Source: the human T2T-CHM13v2.0 reference genome, Homo sapiens
Assembly (NCBI RefSeq): GCF_009914755.1
Contig: NC_060925.1
Strand: one strand, 5' to 3'
Length of the DNA stretch: 64,000 nt
Part shown: in pieces, positions 29,490 through 43,604 of the stretch
How positions within the stretch are numbered: the stretch's first letter is position 1
Layout of the letters: every line of letters starts with the position of its first letter
Made by a program: the position numbers and the translations under genes
The notes under the pieces: model-generated
What the model was told of the DNA's origin: nothing
Seen by the model: only the letters and a program-made list of their open reading frames with translations
Databases searched by the model: none

Positions 29490-30728
29490 GGGAAATCCAC
29501 TCTTAACAGGCAAGGAAAGGAGGCCAAGAGACTGGCACCAGTCATCATTTTAACCATCCACGTTCTGCCTCTTTGGTAAAAGAACATGGCTAAATAGTAA
29601 AGATCCCACTGGCGGAGAAGCAGGGCTTCCCTTGACTTATGAGGAATGAAATACCTTCTGGTTCATCTCTGAAACACATTAGGCCATTGTAAATTTGCTT
29701 TCCATCTGGCACACTCAGTATGGATTTTAAGTCTTTTTATAGGAAACCTGGTAAAACAAATAAAAAGCACATTTATCTCTACTATCACATTAAATTTTTT
29801 ATTATGGAACAATATCATGCATGTACAAATTAAAGAGATTGATGAACAAATTAATATGTACCTATCGTCCATCACTTGTAATCAATGGCTCCCCCGTTTA
29901 CACCCCAGCCACTTCCTGACTGACCACCCCCAGGTTATTTTAAAACAAATATCAGGTATCCATAAATTTCATTTCGTCCCCAAATTTTTAGACTATATCT
30001 CTAAAAGACAAGAATTCTTTTATAAGACGTACTCAAAATACCATTTTATACCTCAAAATAGTAACAATAATTTCTTAATATCACTGAATAACCAGTCTGT
30101 TCAAAAACTCCTATCTTATAATTTTTTAAAAATAGTTTGTCCAAATAAGAAACATTCACTAAATGGTTTGTATATGCCTTAAGTCTTTATAACTGTAGGG
30201 TCTCCTTCCCTCTCTGGTATTTTCCTTGTAACAATTTGCTTGAGAAACTGGGTCATTTGTCCTGAAGAGTTTTTCACAGGATTTGGTGGATTATATCAAT
30301 GTGGCATACACAGTTCAGCATGTTCTACCATAAAATTGGAAGCATATTCCTGACCTTGGAAGTTGACCCTATGGGATGAAATCCCAAGACTGTTTCACAG
30401 ATAAATCATGGGAAGGACTAAGGGACTTGCCCTTGGGTTTGTGTCCTGACTTTCTGGAAACTGTGGGCAAATAACTGGCCCAAAGGGCAAGCTGCTTCAG
30501 GACAGTTCTATGCTGCTGATTTTTGTTTTGTTTTGTATTGTTTCATCTAACAGGGAAAGCGAAGGCTAAGGGAGGGCCTACTGAATGACAAAGGACCCTG
30601 TCCTTTGTCAGCTTCTACTGATATTAAAAACAAAAACAAACAAACAAAAAAACAGACAAAAAAACTATTTCCACCTTAACAGGGAAGATGAATAATTCTG
30701 GTTGAAAACTCAAGATTAAAGTCTGTCT

Positions 30729-31356
<628 letters not shown>

Positions 31357-32309
31357 AGTGTTTCTGTTCATGCCTCCTTGTTCAATAGGCTTCTTTCCTT
31401 TGAGAATATGTGCTCTTGGGGACCAGAAGTCAGTTGCTAGCCAGGGAAGAAAGAATTCCCTGGTCAGGCTGTGTGGAAGCAGTGGGGCTAGATTCTTGAA
31501 GGCTCTAAGATCACTTCATCTCTAGCTCACTTGCTGCTTCCACTTCCACCACCATGGCTCTGAACCCTGACATGGGCCAACTCTTTTCTATGAAACTACA
31601 AAAGCTCATTCTGTAAAGTCATTCAAAACAAACACAACAAACATCATTGAGTAGCTCCCATGTGCCAGAACTTGGGGTTAGCGAAGGAGATGAATTTGAG
31701 ATCATCCCAGAAGAATGGAGTCTAGTAGAGGAAGCAGACATGCAAACCGAATAATCACGCCACAGCCTTGCAAAAACCACGAAGACATCATGGGCCAGGT
31801 AATCTGGGAACCAATCATGCCCAAGGAAGAGAGAAGAGGGAGGAGCAGGGGCTCTACAGGGAGCCCCTGGAGGCTACAGGGAGGAGATACACAGTCTAGG
31901 AGTTCAAGGACGAGGAAGAGTTCAAGAGATTGGCTGGAAGATACTAATGACACTAATAGTAACAACAGCCACATGCACTGAGTGAACCCTTCACTTCACA
32001 CCGTGTGTTATTCTAAGTGCTTCCCACACACTTGCACATATAATCCAACCCAGTGGCAGAGACACCATTGTTATCCCTATTTTACAGATGAGGATACTGA
32101 GGCACAGTTTCAGTAGTGTTTCTTCCCTTCTTAATAGCTACCTGTGTATGACCTTAAAATGCAAACACTCAGAGGCTTAAGGGGTGTAGTGCCTGACATG
32201 TGTAAATCACAATTTGTTCCAAAATGAAGTCTGGTTGACCGCCCTCTTCCCAATGCCCAGAACAGTGCTTGGCATATAAAATACACTCTATACTGTGAGG
32301 GGATGAGCA

Positions 32310-34999
32310 TCCTATTATCCTGTGTGCCCCTCCAGATGCACTCTCCAATCTTCTCCAAAATCCTCTCTGCTCGGAAGACTGACCTGTGTGGACCACATCA
32401 GTGGGCTTCTCTGACCTAGAGCTTTCAATTGAGATCAGCAGATTGGAAGCGCTGACAGAATGGTGGATTGGAGGAGAGTGATGTCAGGGTATTTATGCAG
32501 GGACTACAGAAAGTTCCTGGAGAAATGGAGTTAAAAGATAAAAATAATGCTTTCCTGGGGGTCATGTTAAAAAGATAAAATAATTTTTGGCTGGGTGCGG
32601 TGGCTCATGCCTGTAATCTCAGCACTTTGGGAGGCCGAGGCGGGCAGATCACTTGAGGTCACGAGTTCGAGACCAGCCTGACCAACATGGTGAAACCCTG
32701 TCTCTACTAAAAATACAAAAATTAGCCAGGCGTTGTGGCGGGCACCTATAATCCCAACTACTCGGGAGGCTGAGGCAGAAGAATCACTTGAACCCAGGAG
32801 GCGGAGGCTGCAAAAAAAGATAAAATAATTGTTTTAAAATACAAACTTTGTTTCTCAACGTGAGCTTCATAAATTTCAAGACATCTTTGTGAGGGATGAT
32901 CGCAGTCATTTAGTCCATCCCTTGAGAACTGAGGGTCCCAGGAATTTAACCATGTCAGTGCAGTCTTTCTTACATTATTAACAGGACAAAAATGGGTGCC
33001 CTTTAAATATTTTTTTAAGATTAGGAAACAAAAGGAAGTCAGAAAGAGTCAAAGCAGGACCGTGATGTGGATGCCCAATGATATCCCACTGAAACTCTCA
33101 CAAAGTTTGCCCCTGTTTGAGGAGAGGAATGAGCAGGAGCACTGTTGTGCTGGAAAAGGCCTCTCTGGTGAAGCTTTCCTGAGCATTTTTCTGTGAACAC
33201 TTTGGTTAACTTTCTCCACTCTCATAGTAAGTAGATGTTATTGTTCTTTGTCTCTCCAGAAAGTCAATAAGCAAAATGCCTTGAGCATCCCCAAAAAACC
33301 ATTGCCATGACCTTTGCTCTTGACTAGAACAGTTTTGCTTTGACTAGACCACTTCTACTTCTTTACTTTTTTTTTTTTTTTTTTTTTGAGAGACAAGGTC
33401 TCATTCTGTTCCCCAGGCCAGAGTACAGTGGCATGATCACAGGTGACTGAAGCTTCTGCTCCCTGGGCTTAAGCAATCCTCCTACCTCAGCCTCCTGAAT
33501 ACCTGGGACTACAAGAGCATACCACCACACCTGGCTAATTTTTTCTATTTTCTGTAGAGATGGAGTCTTGCTATGTCGCCTAGGCTGGTCTCAAACTTCT
33601 GGACCCAAGTGATCCTCCACCTCAGCCTCCCAAAGTGCTGGGATTACAGGTGTGATTCACGGTGCCTGGCACACTTCCACCTGTTGGTAGCCATTGCTTT
33701 GATTGTGCTTTGTCTTCAGGATCATACTGGTAAAGCTGTGTCTTATCTCCTGTTGCAGTTCTTCAAAGATGTGCTTCAGAGCCTTCATCCCACTTGTTTA
33801 AAATTTCCATTGAAAGCTCTGCTCTTGTCTGCAGCTGATCTGGGCACAAGGGTTTTGGCACCCATTGAATGGAATGGGTGACTCAACTTTAATTTTTCAC
33901 TCGGAGAATTGTGTAAGCTGAACCAGTTGAGATGTCTGTGAGGTTGGCTATTTTTGTGCTGTTAATCATTGGTCCTCCTCATTTAGAGCATGAACTGGGT
34001 TAATTTTTTTCCTCAGAAATTGATGTGGACAGTCAGCCACTGTGGGCTTCATCTTCAACATCGTTTCTTTCCTTCTTAAAATGAGTTATCCATTTGCAGC
34101 CTGCTGATTTCTTTTTCTTAGAGACAGGGTCTTGCTCTGTCACCCTGGCTGGAGTGCAGTGGCACAATCCCGGCTCACTGCAACCTCTGCCTCCCGGGTT
34201 TAGACAATTCTCATGTCTCAGCCACCTGAGTAGCTGAGATTACAGGTGTGCACCACACGCCCAGCTAATTTTTGTATTTTTAGTAGAGATGGGCTTTTGC
34301 CATGTTGGCCAGTCTGGTCTTGAACTCCTGACCTCAAGTGATCTGCCCACCTTAGCCTCCCAAAGTGCTGGGATTACAGGAGTGAGCCACCATGCTTGGC
34401 CTAGACTGCTGATTGTTGGGAGGCATTGTTCCCATAAGCTTTTTGTGATGCATCAATGATCTCACCATTCTTCCATCCAAGCTTCACCATACATTGTTTC
34501 TTCTTGCTTTCATTTTAGCAGAATTCATGCTGCTCTGATAGGGGCTCTTTTCAAATCGATGTCTTATCCTTCTTAGTGCCTCAAACTAGATCCTATTCAG
34601 TCATGTTATAACAAGTTAGTATGAGTTTATTTTGGTGTAAACATTTTGAAAATCAAGCATAGTTTTTTCCTAATACACATTTTCCATGAACTTTTTAAAG
34701 ACTCATCGTATTTCCCTGGCTCCCTCTGGTTCCCCTCTGGCTGGTGGCATTCCTCAACAGAAGGTCACAGCTCCTCTCAAGATTCTCTGGACCCGAATTT
34801 CTCCTTCTACTTTCTAGTAACTGCTCTCTCTCTCATTCCTTCAGGCGTGGGGTAGTAAAAGCTCTGGGGGTACTGCTCTATCCTTTGTATTCTCCCTACA
34901 TCTTGTCCACGCTTTTGTAAAAAGTCTCTGTATTAAACCCCTCTCAAACCATCTTGAGCTGTATGTGCCATCTGTTTCCCGCTGGAACCCTGACTGATA
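32310..34999 (+). mobile_element. LTR33-like ERVL LTR split by HSMAR2
   Basis: GAGGAGAGTGATGTCAGGGTATTTA (32471-32495) resumes as TTTCCCTGGCTCCCTC (34711 onward) and ends TGCCATCTGTTTCCCGCTGGAACCCTGACTGATA. Confidence 0.65.
32496..34708 (-). mobile_element. Near full-length HSMAR2 mariner transposon, decayed, interrupted by three Alus (32589-32813 +, 33367-33670 -, 34110-34401 -)
   Basis: 34560-34708 is the reverse complement of the HSMAR2 5' end (..CTTAGTGCCTCAAACTAGATCC..GTTATAACAAGTTAGT..TTTTCCATGAACTTTTT). Degenerate TIR at 32496, TA at both ends, ~1.35 kb once the Alus are removed. Confidence 0.8.
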
Positions 35000-35823
35000 G
35001 AGAGATCAAGCCAGAGCAGACTTCCGGAATCTTCTTTCTCCTGAAACTCCAGCAGAGGCTCAGATTTATTCACATGATAGATGTCAAAACCATAAATTTT
35101 CCCATCTTAGTTTATCCTTGACTCAGAAGGCTGGACTCAACCTTCAAAGGTCACTGAAGTCCATTTCTCTGCCTCCAGCTGGGAATCCCACCCCCACCCC
35201 CACCCTGACTGCTCCTGTCAGAGGGAAGTACATCTTACTCTGAAGATCTCCAGGTAAGGAGATACCATAACTCACTCATGTGTCTTCAGTCTCCTTGCCT
35301 GATAAATCTCCCTCCTGTCTAACAGGAACCCCTTGTGTTACAGGTGAAGCCTGTTTCCTTTGTCTGTTCCTTGGCAAGAGCTGAAAAAAGATCCTTCATT
35401 CTTTGAAAATAGGCATTAAATCATCCTCGCCCTTCTCCGGCTCTGAAGTGCAGATCAATGAAGGCAGACAATCTGCACATGCTAGTCTCAAGCAGTCAAC
35501 CTGGACGTTCTAGGAGAACCCTACACTGTAACTAACATTTACATGAATGTGTTTGAAAGGTTTATCCGAGGCAGAAGGGAAAGATGGAGCCAAAATCTCT
35601 GGGAAAAAAAAAAAAATGGCTGGAATGGGTTCCTGACAGAAGTGATGGTGAATTCTTCTTTTTCAATTTACTTTTAACTTATTGGAGATTTATCCTCTTC
35701 CTGTTATCCAAACCCTGAATTCTGGAGGGTGCCGGTTTGCTGCTATTAACCAGCCCTGACAAAGGCTGCCACTCTGTGAACAGAAATCTGCAGGCAGTTC
35801 CTCTCAGCTCTGCCTTCTCTTTC

Positions 35824-36215
35824 TGTATTTGTCTGCTCGGGCTTTCATAACAAAATACTACAGACTGGGTGGCTTCGACACAGAAGTGTATTTATTCACA
35901 GTTCTGGAAGGCCACAGGCTGGAAGTCCAAGGTCAAGGTGTTGTAGGTTTGCTTTCTTCTGGGGCCTCTCTCCTTGGCTTGCAGATGGCTGCCTTCTCTC
36001 TGAGTCCTCACGTGACCTTTTTTCTCTGCCTGCAAATCCCTGGTGTCTCTGGTGTCTTTCTTTGTGTCCAAATGTCTTTTTATAAGTACACCAGTGGAAT
36101 TAGCCCCTGCCCCACAACAGCCTCCTTTTAACTTAACCACCTCTTTATATGTCTTATCTCCAAATACCTTCGGAGGCACTGGGAATTCAACATATGACGT
36201 GATTCAGCCTATTAT
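35824..36215 (-). mobile_element. MLT1A/B-like MaLR LTR
   Basis: CATAACAAAATACTACAGACTGGGTGGCTT...GGCTGGAAGTCCAAGGTCAAGGTG. Confidence 0.8.
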
Positions 36216-37403
36216 ACTCTCCTTCTTCTCTTCAGCAATCTCTACCTAACTGGGCTTCCAATGGACTTGAACTGAGCCAGCCATGAACCAGGAACAGTAG
36301 TAAAACCTAGAATCTGATAAACCTCATAGCCTACAGACCATTGCTTTAAAACAAATTGTACTAAAATTCAAAAATGTCTCCCCTAAATCTTGATGTACAC
36401 ACATACATTCACATGCATGCACATGTGTGTGTGAGTGCACGTGCATGCGCACACACACCACACACACAATCCCAGTTGTTTGTTTTAAAGCATTTACCTG
36501 GATTATTAAAGTGTTCTCTAATTTCATACACTTTGTTTTATTCTCATTCCTAGATTAGTAAACTCAATCACATGGGATTTCAGCCTATTCCTACAAAAGC
36601 ATACATGGCTGATGTATCAGCCCCTTCTCATTCCTACATCATTAAGATGTCCAGCCCTGAAACCCAACAGTCAGCACTAGAGAGGGTGCTTTACTTGTGT
36701 CACGGGGTCATCTCATTTAATCATTTAATCCTTCCAGCAGGATAGAAACTAGGAGTCCCATTCAATAAAAGAAGAAACTATAAGACACAGAAAAATTAGT
36801 CACTCAAATGAAAAGCGTGCACCCTGAGGGCTCACCTCTGAGCCTCAAAAGCTGAGTAAAATGTATTTACACAAAGAGTTGCTATCAACTAATATTACTG
36901 AATACTTGCACCCCAAAATGCTCACAATTAGGACTTGTGGACACCTCACAATCCTTCAGTGCTTTCAGAATAATTAAGAAAAGCTCTGAATAACGTTAAC
37001 ACTACGGGAATAGGCTAAACTTTTAAAGAAAGTTTTGTCCTTTGGGAGTGAGTGGCCAGTACATGAACCATCAACTGAATTGTTGGTTACCTTAGCACCA
37101 TTTTCAGAGTGTGGGGGGCATTCAGTGGGTGAGGGGAGAACATGACCCCTGAGGACACACACCCATGCCTGTTACACTGTGTGGGGGAAGTCCTGATCCT
37201 TCAGGAGCCCCCTACATGTTCAGTCAGGGCAAATCCTCAGTGATTCCACAGAGAGCCAGGGATGTGCCCTCAGCACAGCAAAAGGAAGTCAGAGATTCCT
37301 ACTCTTGGCCCATTGTCCCCTTGAGTGAATTGAGCCTCATCATCTCCTGGGATGGAAAATACACAGGATCTGGACTTAACAGTGGTGTTTGGAGCTGAGA
37401 GGT

Positions 37404-37917
37404 TGTATTAGTCAGGGTTCTCCAGAGAAACAGAATCAAGAGGATAAATATATGTATTTGTATCTGGAAAGAGATAAGGTATGGGCTCATGCAATTATGG
37501 AGGCTAAGATGTCCTACCATCTACCGTCTGCAAGCAGAGACCCAGGAAAGCTGGTGGTGTAGTTCAACGGCCTGAGAGCCAGAGGCTGATGGTGGAGATT
37601 CCAGTCCAAGTCTGAGGGTCTGAAAACCAGGAGTGCCAGGGACGAGAGAAAATGGATGTCCCGGTTCAAGCCGTCAGGCAGATAGCTAATTCACCCCTCC
37701 TCTGCCCTCATGCTATTATACTACCCTCAACGGACCCTCAATGGATCAGATCATATCCACCCACGTTAGGGAGGGCCGTCTGCTTTACTAACTTTACAGT
37801 TCAAACGTAAACTGTTTCTCTTCTGGAAACACCCCCACAGACACAGCCAGGAATCCTGTTTAACCAGGTACCTGAGCATCCTGTGATCCAGTCAAGCTGA
37901 CAAACATGAACTATCAC
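37404..37917 (-). mobile_element. MLT2-family ERVL LTR
   Basis: TGTATTAGTCAGGGTTCTCCAGAGAAACAGAA...CCAGTCAAGCTGACA..AACTATCACA. Confidence 0.85.
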
Positions 37918-37927
37918 AGAGGTAATA

Positions 37928-38281
37928 CAGTAGTCCCCCCTTATCCATGGAGAATGGATTCCAAGACACCCCTCATCCCACCGTGGATGCCTGAGACCAC
38001 GGAGAGTACCGACCCCTACAGACACTATGTTTTTTTTCCTGTACAGTAATGGGTGGGTAGCATCCACTGTGTGGATCTGCTGGACAAAGGGATAATTCAC
38101 AGCCTGAGCAGGGTGATGTAGGATGGCTTGAGATTATATCATGCCACTCAGAACAAGACACAATGTTAAACTTATGAATTGTTTATTTCTGGATTTTTTC
38201 ATTTGATATTTTCATTCTGTGGTTGACCATGAGTAACTAAAACTGGGAAAAGTGAAACCCGTAGACAAGGGAGGACATTGC
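37928..38281. mobile_element. MER44-like Tigger derivative
   Basis: TA|CAGTAGTCCCCCCTTATCC...TTCCAAGAC...GTGGATGCCTGAGACC; degenerate inverted end GACAAGGGAGGACATTG. Confidence 0.75.
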
Positions 38282-38469
38282 TAACTGGTTCAGCAGCCTT
38301 CAGGCGTCTCTTCTAGTAAGGTCACTAATCCCATCATGAGGGCCTTATCCTCAAGACTCCCTCTAACCCTAATTACCTCTAAAAGGCCCCATCGCCAAAT
38401 ACCGTTGCCCTGGGGGTTAGGACATCAGCATATGAATTGGGGAAGGCCCGAACACTCCACCGATAACAG

Positions 38470-41110
38470 TAACATGGTTTACATACAAAAATCAATTATA
38501 TTTCTATGTAATGGTAATGAACAATTCGAATCTAATTTTTAAAGTACCATTTACAAGTACAAAAACGCTTAGGTATAAATCTAATAAAATATGGTTAGTA
38601 TGTATATTCTGAAAACCCAAAACAATGATGAAAGAAATTAACTAAGACCTAAAAATGTGGAGAAATACACCATATTCTTGGATTGGAAGACAATATTGTT
38701 AAGATGTCAATTCTCTACAAATTGATCTGTAGAGTCAAGTTGTTCATAATAGATATCTCAGGGCATTTTTTTGTAGATATCAACAATCTGATTTCAAGAT
38801 TTATATTTTTAAAAATGCACTAGAAAAACCAAAAGATTTTTGAAAGAAAGGAACAAAGTTGGAGCACTCACACTATCTGATTTCAAGTCTTACTATAAAA
38901 CTACAATAATCAAGAAGGTGCAGTATTGGCAAAAGAATACATATATAGATCAATGGAATAGAGCAGAGTCTAGAAATAGATCCATACAAGTGTAGTCAAC
39001 TGATTTGTGAAAGGGGTGCAAAGGCAATTCAATGGAGAATTGTCTTTTCAACAAATGGTGCTGGAAAATTGGACATCACATGCAAAAAGAAGAAAGAGGA
39101 GAACAGCCTCTATTCTACTTTATACTTTGTACAAAATTTAATTCAAAATGGACCATAGAACTAAATAGAAAACCTAAAATTATAAAACTTCTAGAATCAA
39201 ATATCCTAAAAAGTCTTTGTGACCCTGGGTTGTGCTTCTGAGATATAAGAGCAAAAGCATCAAGGATGATACATTGGCTTTATTAAAACTAAAGTATTTT
39301 TCTTGTCAAAAGACACTGTTAAGAGATGGAAAAGACAAGTCACAGGCTGAAAAAAAATTTTTCAAAACATGTATACAACAAGGAACTTGTATCTAGGATA
39401 CCTAAAGAACCCTCAAATCTGAACAATAATAAAAACAAACAACCCAATTAAAAATAAACAAAAGATTTGAATAGACACTTTATCAAAGAAGTAGAGTAAT
39501 TTTTACTGTTTGTAAATTTTTTAGTTTAAAAATTTAAGAGATTTAGTTAAACCATAACTTGAATAACATGTTATAGTTAAGAATGAATGTACTACCAAAT
39601 AAGAAAGGATGAAATCATTGCATTAAGAATCCAACTCAAAAAAAAATTTTAAACCACTAAATTATGCCCAAGAAAAGCAGAGAGAAAAGAGAAAGAGAAA
39701 AAAATAATGAAAGAAAACATAAATACACAATATAGATTAAGAAAGCCATGAATTGTTCCTTTTTTTTTTTTTTTTTTTGAGACAGAGTCTCTTCTGTCAC
39801 CCAGGCTGGAGTGCAGTGGTGCAATCTCAGCTTACTGCAACTTGACCTTCCAGACTCAGGTAATCCTCTGGCCTCAGCCTCCCGAGTGGCTGGGACTCTA
39901 GGTGCACACCACCACACCCAGCTAATTTTTTTTCTTTTTGTATTATTTGTAGAGATGGGGTTTCACCATGTTGCCCAGGAATCCAGGTGCACACCACCAC
40001 TCCCAGCTAATTTTTTTTTTTTTTGGTATTATTTGTAGAGATGGGGTTTCACCATGTTGCCCAAGCTGGTTTCAAACTCTTGGGCTCAAGCGATTCACAC
40101 CCCTTCAGCCTTCCAAAGTGCAGGGATTCTAGACTGAGCCACCATGCCCAGCCATAAGTTGGTACTTTAAAACAAACAATAAAATGGAATATTCCCTGAG
40201 GAGAATGACTGGTCAAAGAGCAACTTAAATGCACAAATAAGCAATGCCAGAAATGAAATAGAGGGATGTGCTATAGATGTGGTAGCATTACAAATAACAG
40301 TTAAAAAAAGCTTATGAACTAGTCTTACCTCAATAAACTAAAAAATATTGATCAAATGGACAATTTTTTTAGAAGCCTGACACTAGATTAAATTAAAAGT
40401 CTGAACCATCCTATTACCATGAAAAAAAAAATCAAAAACTTTTCCACCTAGAAAACTCTAGGTCCTAATATCTTCAACAGTGACAATGACCAAACACTAA
40501 AGAAAGAAACAATGCTAATAGTTCATAACTCTATAGAGAATAAGAAAGAAAAACCTCTCTATTTTACCTGGATACCAAAACCTGAAAAGGACATTACAGG
40601 AAAGAAAAATTATAGGCTAATCTCATGCACGAACATAGATGCAAAACTCCTAAGCAAAATGTTAACACGAAATCCAGCTTGGTCAGGTGCTGTGGCTCAC
40701 ACCTGTAATCCTAGCACTTTGGGAGGCTGAGGCTGGTGGATTGCCTGAGCTCAGGAGTTTGTGAACACCCTGGGCAAGATAGTGAAACCTCATTTCTACT
40801 AAAATACAAAAAAATTACCTGGGTGTGGTAGTGGGCACCTGTAGTTCTAGCTCCTTGGGAGGCTGAGGCAAGAGAATTGCTTGAGTCTGGGAGGCAGAGG
40901 TTGCAGTGCGTGCCATTGCACTCCAGCCTGGGCAACAGAGCAAGACTCTTCTCAAAAAAAAAAAAAGGAAAAGAAAGATATCCAGCTTTATAGTAAATGG
41001 GCATACAACACAACTAGGATGGTTTTATTCCCATAATACAAATGTAATTTAGCACTCAAAAATCAAAGTAATTCACCATATTGACAGGATAAAGGAGAAT
41101 GTTTGCATGT
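38470..41110 (+). mobile_element. Old L1M ORF2 fragments interrupted by Alus (39760-40153 -, 40681-40977 +)
   Basis: TTCTTGGATTGGAAGA..AATATTGTTAAGATGTCAATTCT, TCTTTTCAACAAATGGTGCTGG (NKWCW), GAACATAGATGCAAAA (NIDAK); ORF2 is decayed. Confidence 0.85.
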
Positions 41111-41267
41111 GATAAATCATTGGCTTTAGAATTTTATTGTGTGCACCTATCTATATATGTGTTATATTTCACACTTTTAAAATATTAATATAATAAAGGC
41201 ATTTAAGGCAGACTAGGCTACCCTGAAATTCACATGCCTTTTATAATTAGACATTCTGAACAATGTA

Positions 41268-41312
41268 TTAGGTTGGTGCAAAAGTAATTGCGGTTTTTGC
41301 CATTACTTTTAA
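41268..41312. mobile_element. Partial MADE1 (Hsmar1 MITE)
   Basis: TA|TTAGGTTGGTGCAAAAGTAATTGCGGTTTTTGCCATTACTTTTAAT; second half missing. Confidence 0.85.
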
Positions 41313-42942
41313 TACAATTTGTAAAACTTAATTGTGTGGCTGAGCTTGCAAGGAAGAGAAATCGTGAGGTTCTAGAAAGAGTAGAAACTGAGAACATAGT
41401 AGAAGCACCCGATGCGGATTTTGGAGCAGCCACCCCAGGGGTTGGGAGTTGCAGAGCCAGGACAAGTGACAAGGGCTTGAGTGTTACTGCCTGTGTGTGG
41501 GATAGTGTGTGTGGGAGATTAAGAGCTGAACTTTAGACATTTTAAGCCACAGATGCATGTGAGACATTGAAGTCAAGCAGTGAGTTTGTTGTTAAACATC
41601 TGAAGTGCAAGGAAAAAAAATATATATATATGTAAGCTTGGGAATCTGGCCCACTGGTTGGGTTTAAAAACTGTCTTCAGGGGATCTTGAATTCCTGTGG
41701 CACTCTGTGCTTTCCTCTATGGTTGCACTCTCCCTATGAATTTTCTTTTTGTATACTGTCTTTCTAGACTTAAAGCAGGGACTGTTTCTGGATCCTTGTT
41801 TTGGAGGCCAAGAAAAACAAATGAAATAAAAAAAAAAACAACTCCATCAACATGATTATTGAACTCCTGGTGATTTTGTCAAGCAGCAGGAAGCCAAGCA
41901 CGGATTTAGTCAGGTAACAGACATGCTGGAAAAGCAAGTGAGCCTGGAAAGGAGGACAGAATGTACTGGAAAAGGGAGAGATGGGCTTCCAAGGAGCCAC
42001 CTCGAAGCTACAGAGGCAGGAGTGGACATTGAGAACAGAGAGCCTCCAGAGAAGAGCAGGTTGGTGTTCTTGGGTCCAAGACCATTCTCCTCCTTTCAGG
42101 GTCTGACATGTGGTTCTCAGGAAGTATAGTGTGGTTGAAGGATTGGTTAGGAAAGTCCCTCCACGTCCTACCACCTCCACCCTGGCACTGTGTGCCCGTG
42201 GGGCTATGATGGGAACAACCCACACCCTAAAATAGGATCCAAATTCCTTCCTCTTTTGTCATCAAAGCTGCATCTACTTTGCTCAAGCAAGTCAGGGAAT
42301 CTCTGTGTCTTGAGTCCATAAATCTGCTTTCAAATTCCTCCAGCCACCTCTCCCTGGGTCTGTGAAAGGTCATTCAGAGTCTCTCCTTTGAGAGGGGAGA
42401 AACCACCCAGCAGATGAAAGGAACATCACTATATTCAAAGCTCGTGTGCATGCCAGGTGCTTGCTGCAAGAGCTGTTCCTGACTCACCTTGCTTTCTGAA
42501 TGGCATTTCACTTCTTTGCCAATTCCTTGGAATCCCTCAATTGCCACACCTGGCAAATAAAAAATCAAAGTAATTCACCATAATATGCATCTGCAGGTGG
42601 GGCAGTGAGTAGAAGGTCGGGGGAGGAAGAGTGTGGTGGGCACAAGGTTTATAGTCCAGGGGGTTCTTGTTGACTGACTGGTCTTGATCCTCATAGAGGC
42701 CAAGGCTCTACCAGAAACTGAGGTCCTAACCTGAAAGGAGAATCAGGAAGATCAGTGAGCTACATGCTGCTTTTAAATAGCCTGAATATAGCTGGAGGAG
42801 GAATGGTTATAATGTTTCCTAAAATGAAAGAAAGGTGGGTGCCAAATAATTGTACAGAGAATACGCTGCAGACTATAGCATGAAGACAACCTCAGCATAG
42901 GGGAAAAAAAGACCGGGAGGAAATTGACCAAGATATTGTAAC

Positions 42943-43469
42943 TGTAATAGGTTCATCGCCCCATGTGCAGCAAGTCAATATGCTGAGACACTGGGTTGCA
43001 GCAGAGAAAGAGGTTTCATCCTGGGGCTGCTGAACAAGGAGATGGGAGGAAACCTCACATGTATCATTCCAAGGAGTTTGGGGCTAGGGATTTTAAAGGT
43101 TTTGGAGTGGGCTGAAGTGTGGAGATCGTCGACTGGTCAAACGGTGCAGGGTGAAGTCATGGGACAGGGAGTTGAAGAAATTGCATTCTCATGCTGATTT
43201 GGTTCCACCGTGGGGGTTTTCAGACTGGTTGTCCTCAGCTGTTCTGCTGGAATTCAGAATCTGAAAAACAACCTAAGCAATTCTTAAAAGCTTTATGATT
43301 ATAACATTGGAGAGCCTACCTATAAGAACAATGAGGATGCAAATGGTCGGTGTCTAGTGCTACACGACTTTCCATTACAAGGAACTGAGCCAAAGCACAG
43401 CCTGATTCATGCTTCATTATAATTCTATTCCTGTCCAAAATGCTTGTTAACCCCGTGAGGACTGCTTCA
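42943..43469 (-). mobile_element. ERV1-class solo LTR (MER66/LTR51-like; subfamily uncertain)
   Basis: TGTAA...TTCA termini; GGGTTGCAGCAGAGAAAGAGGTTT..GGAGATGGGAGGAAACCTCA..GGAGTTTGGGGCTAGGG; near-TSD GTAAC/GTATC. Confidence 0.75.
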
Positions 43470-43604
43470 GTATCACACTGTATTTTACAAATAATCTATA
43501 TAATGTGCATGCCTATCCTATTTTCTAAATAAGTCTCAAATGTGTATGCCTATGCTATGTATACACTGAAAAATACCAACACACTTTCTGGAAAGAATAA
43601 TACA

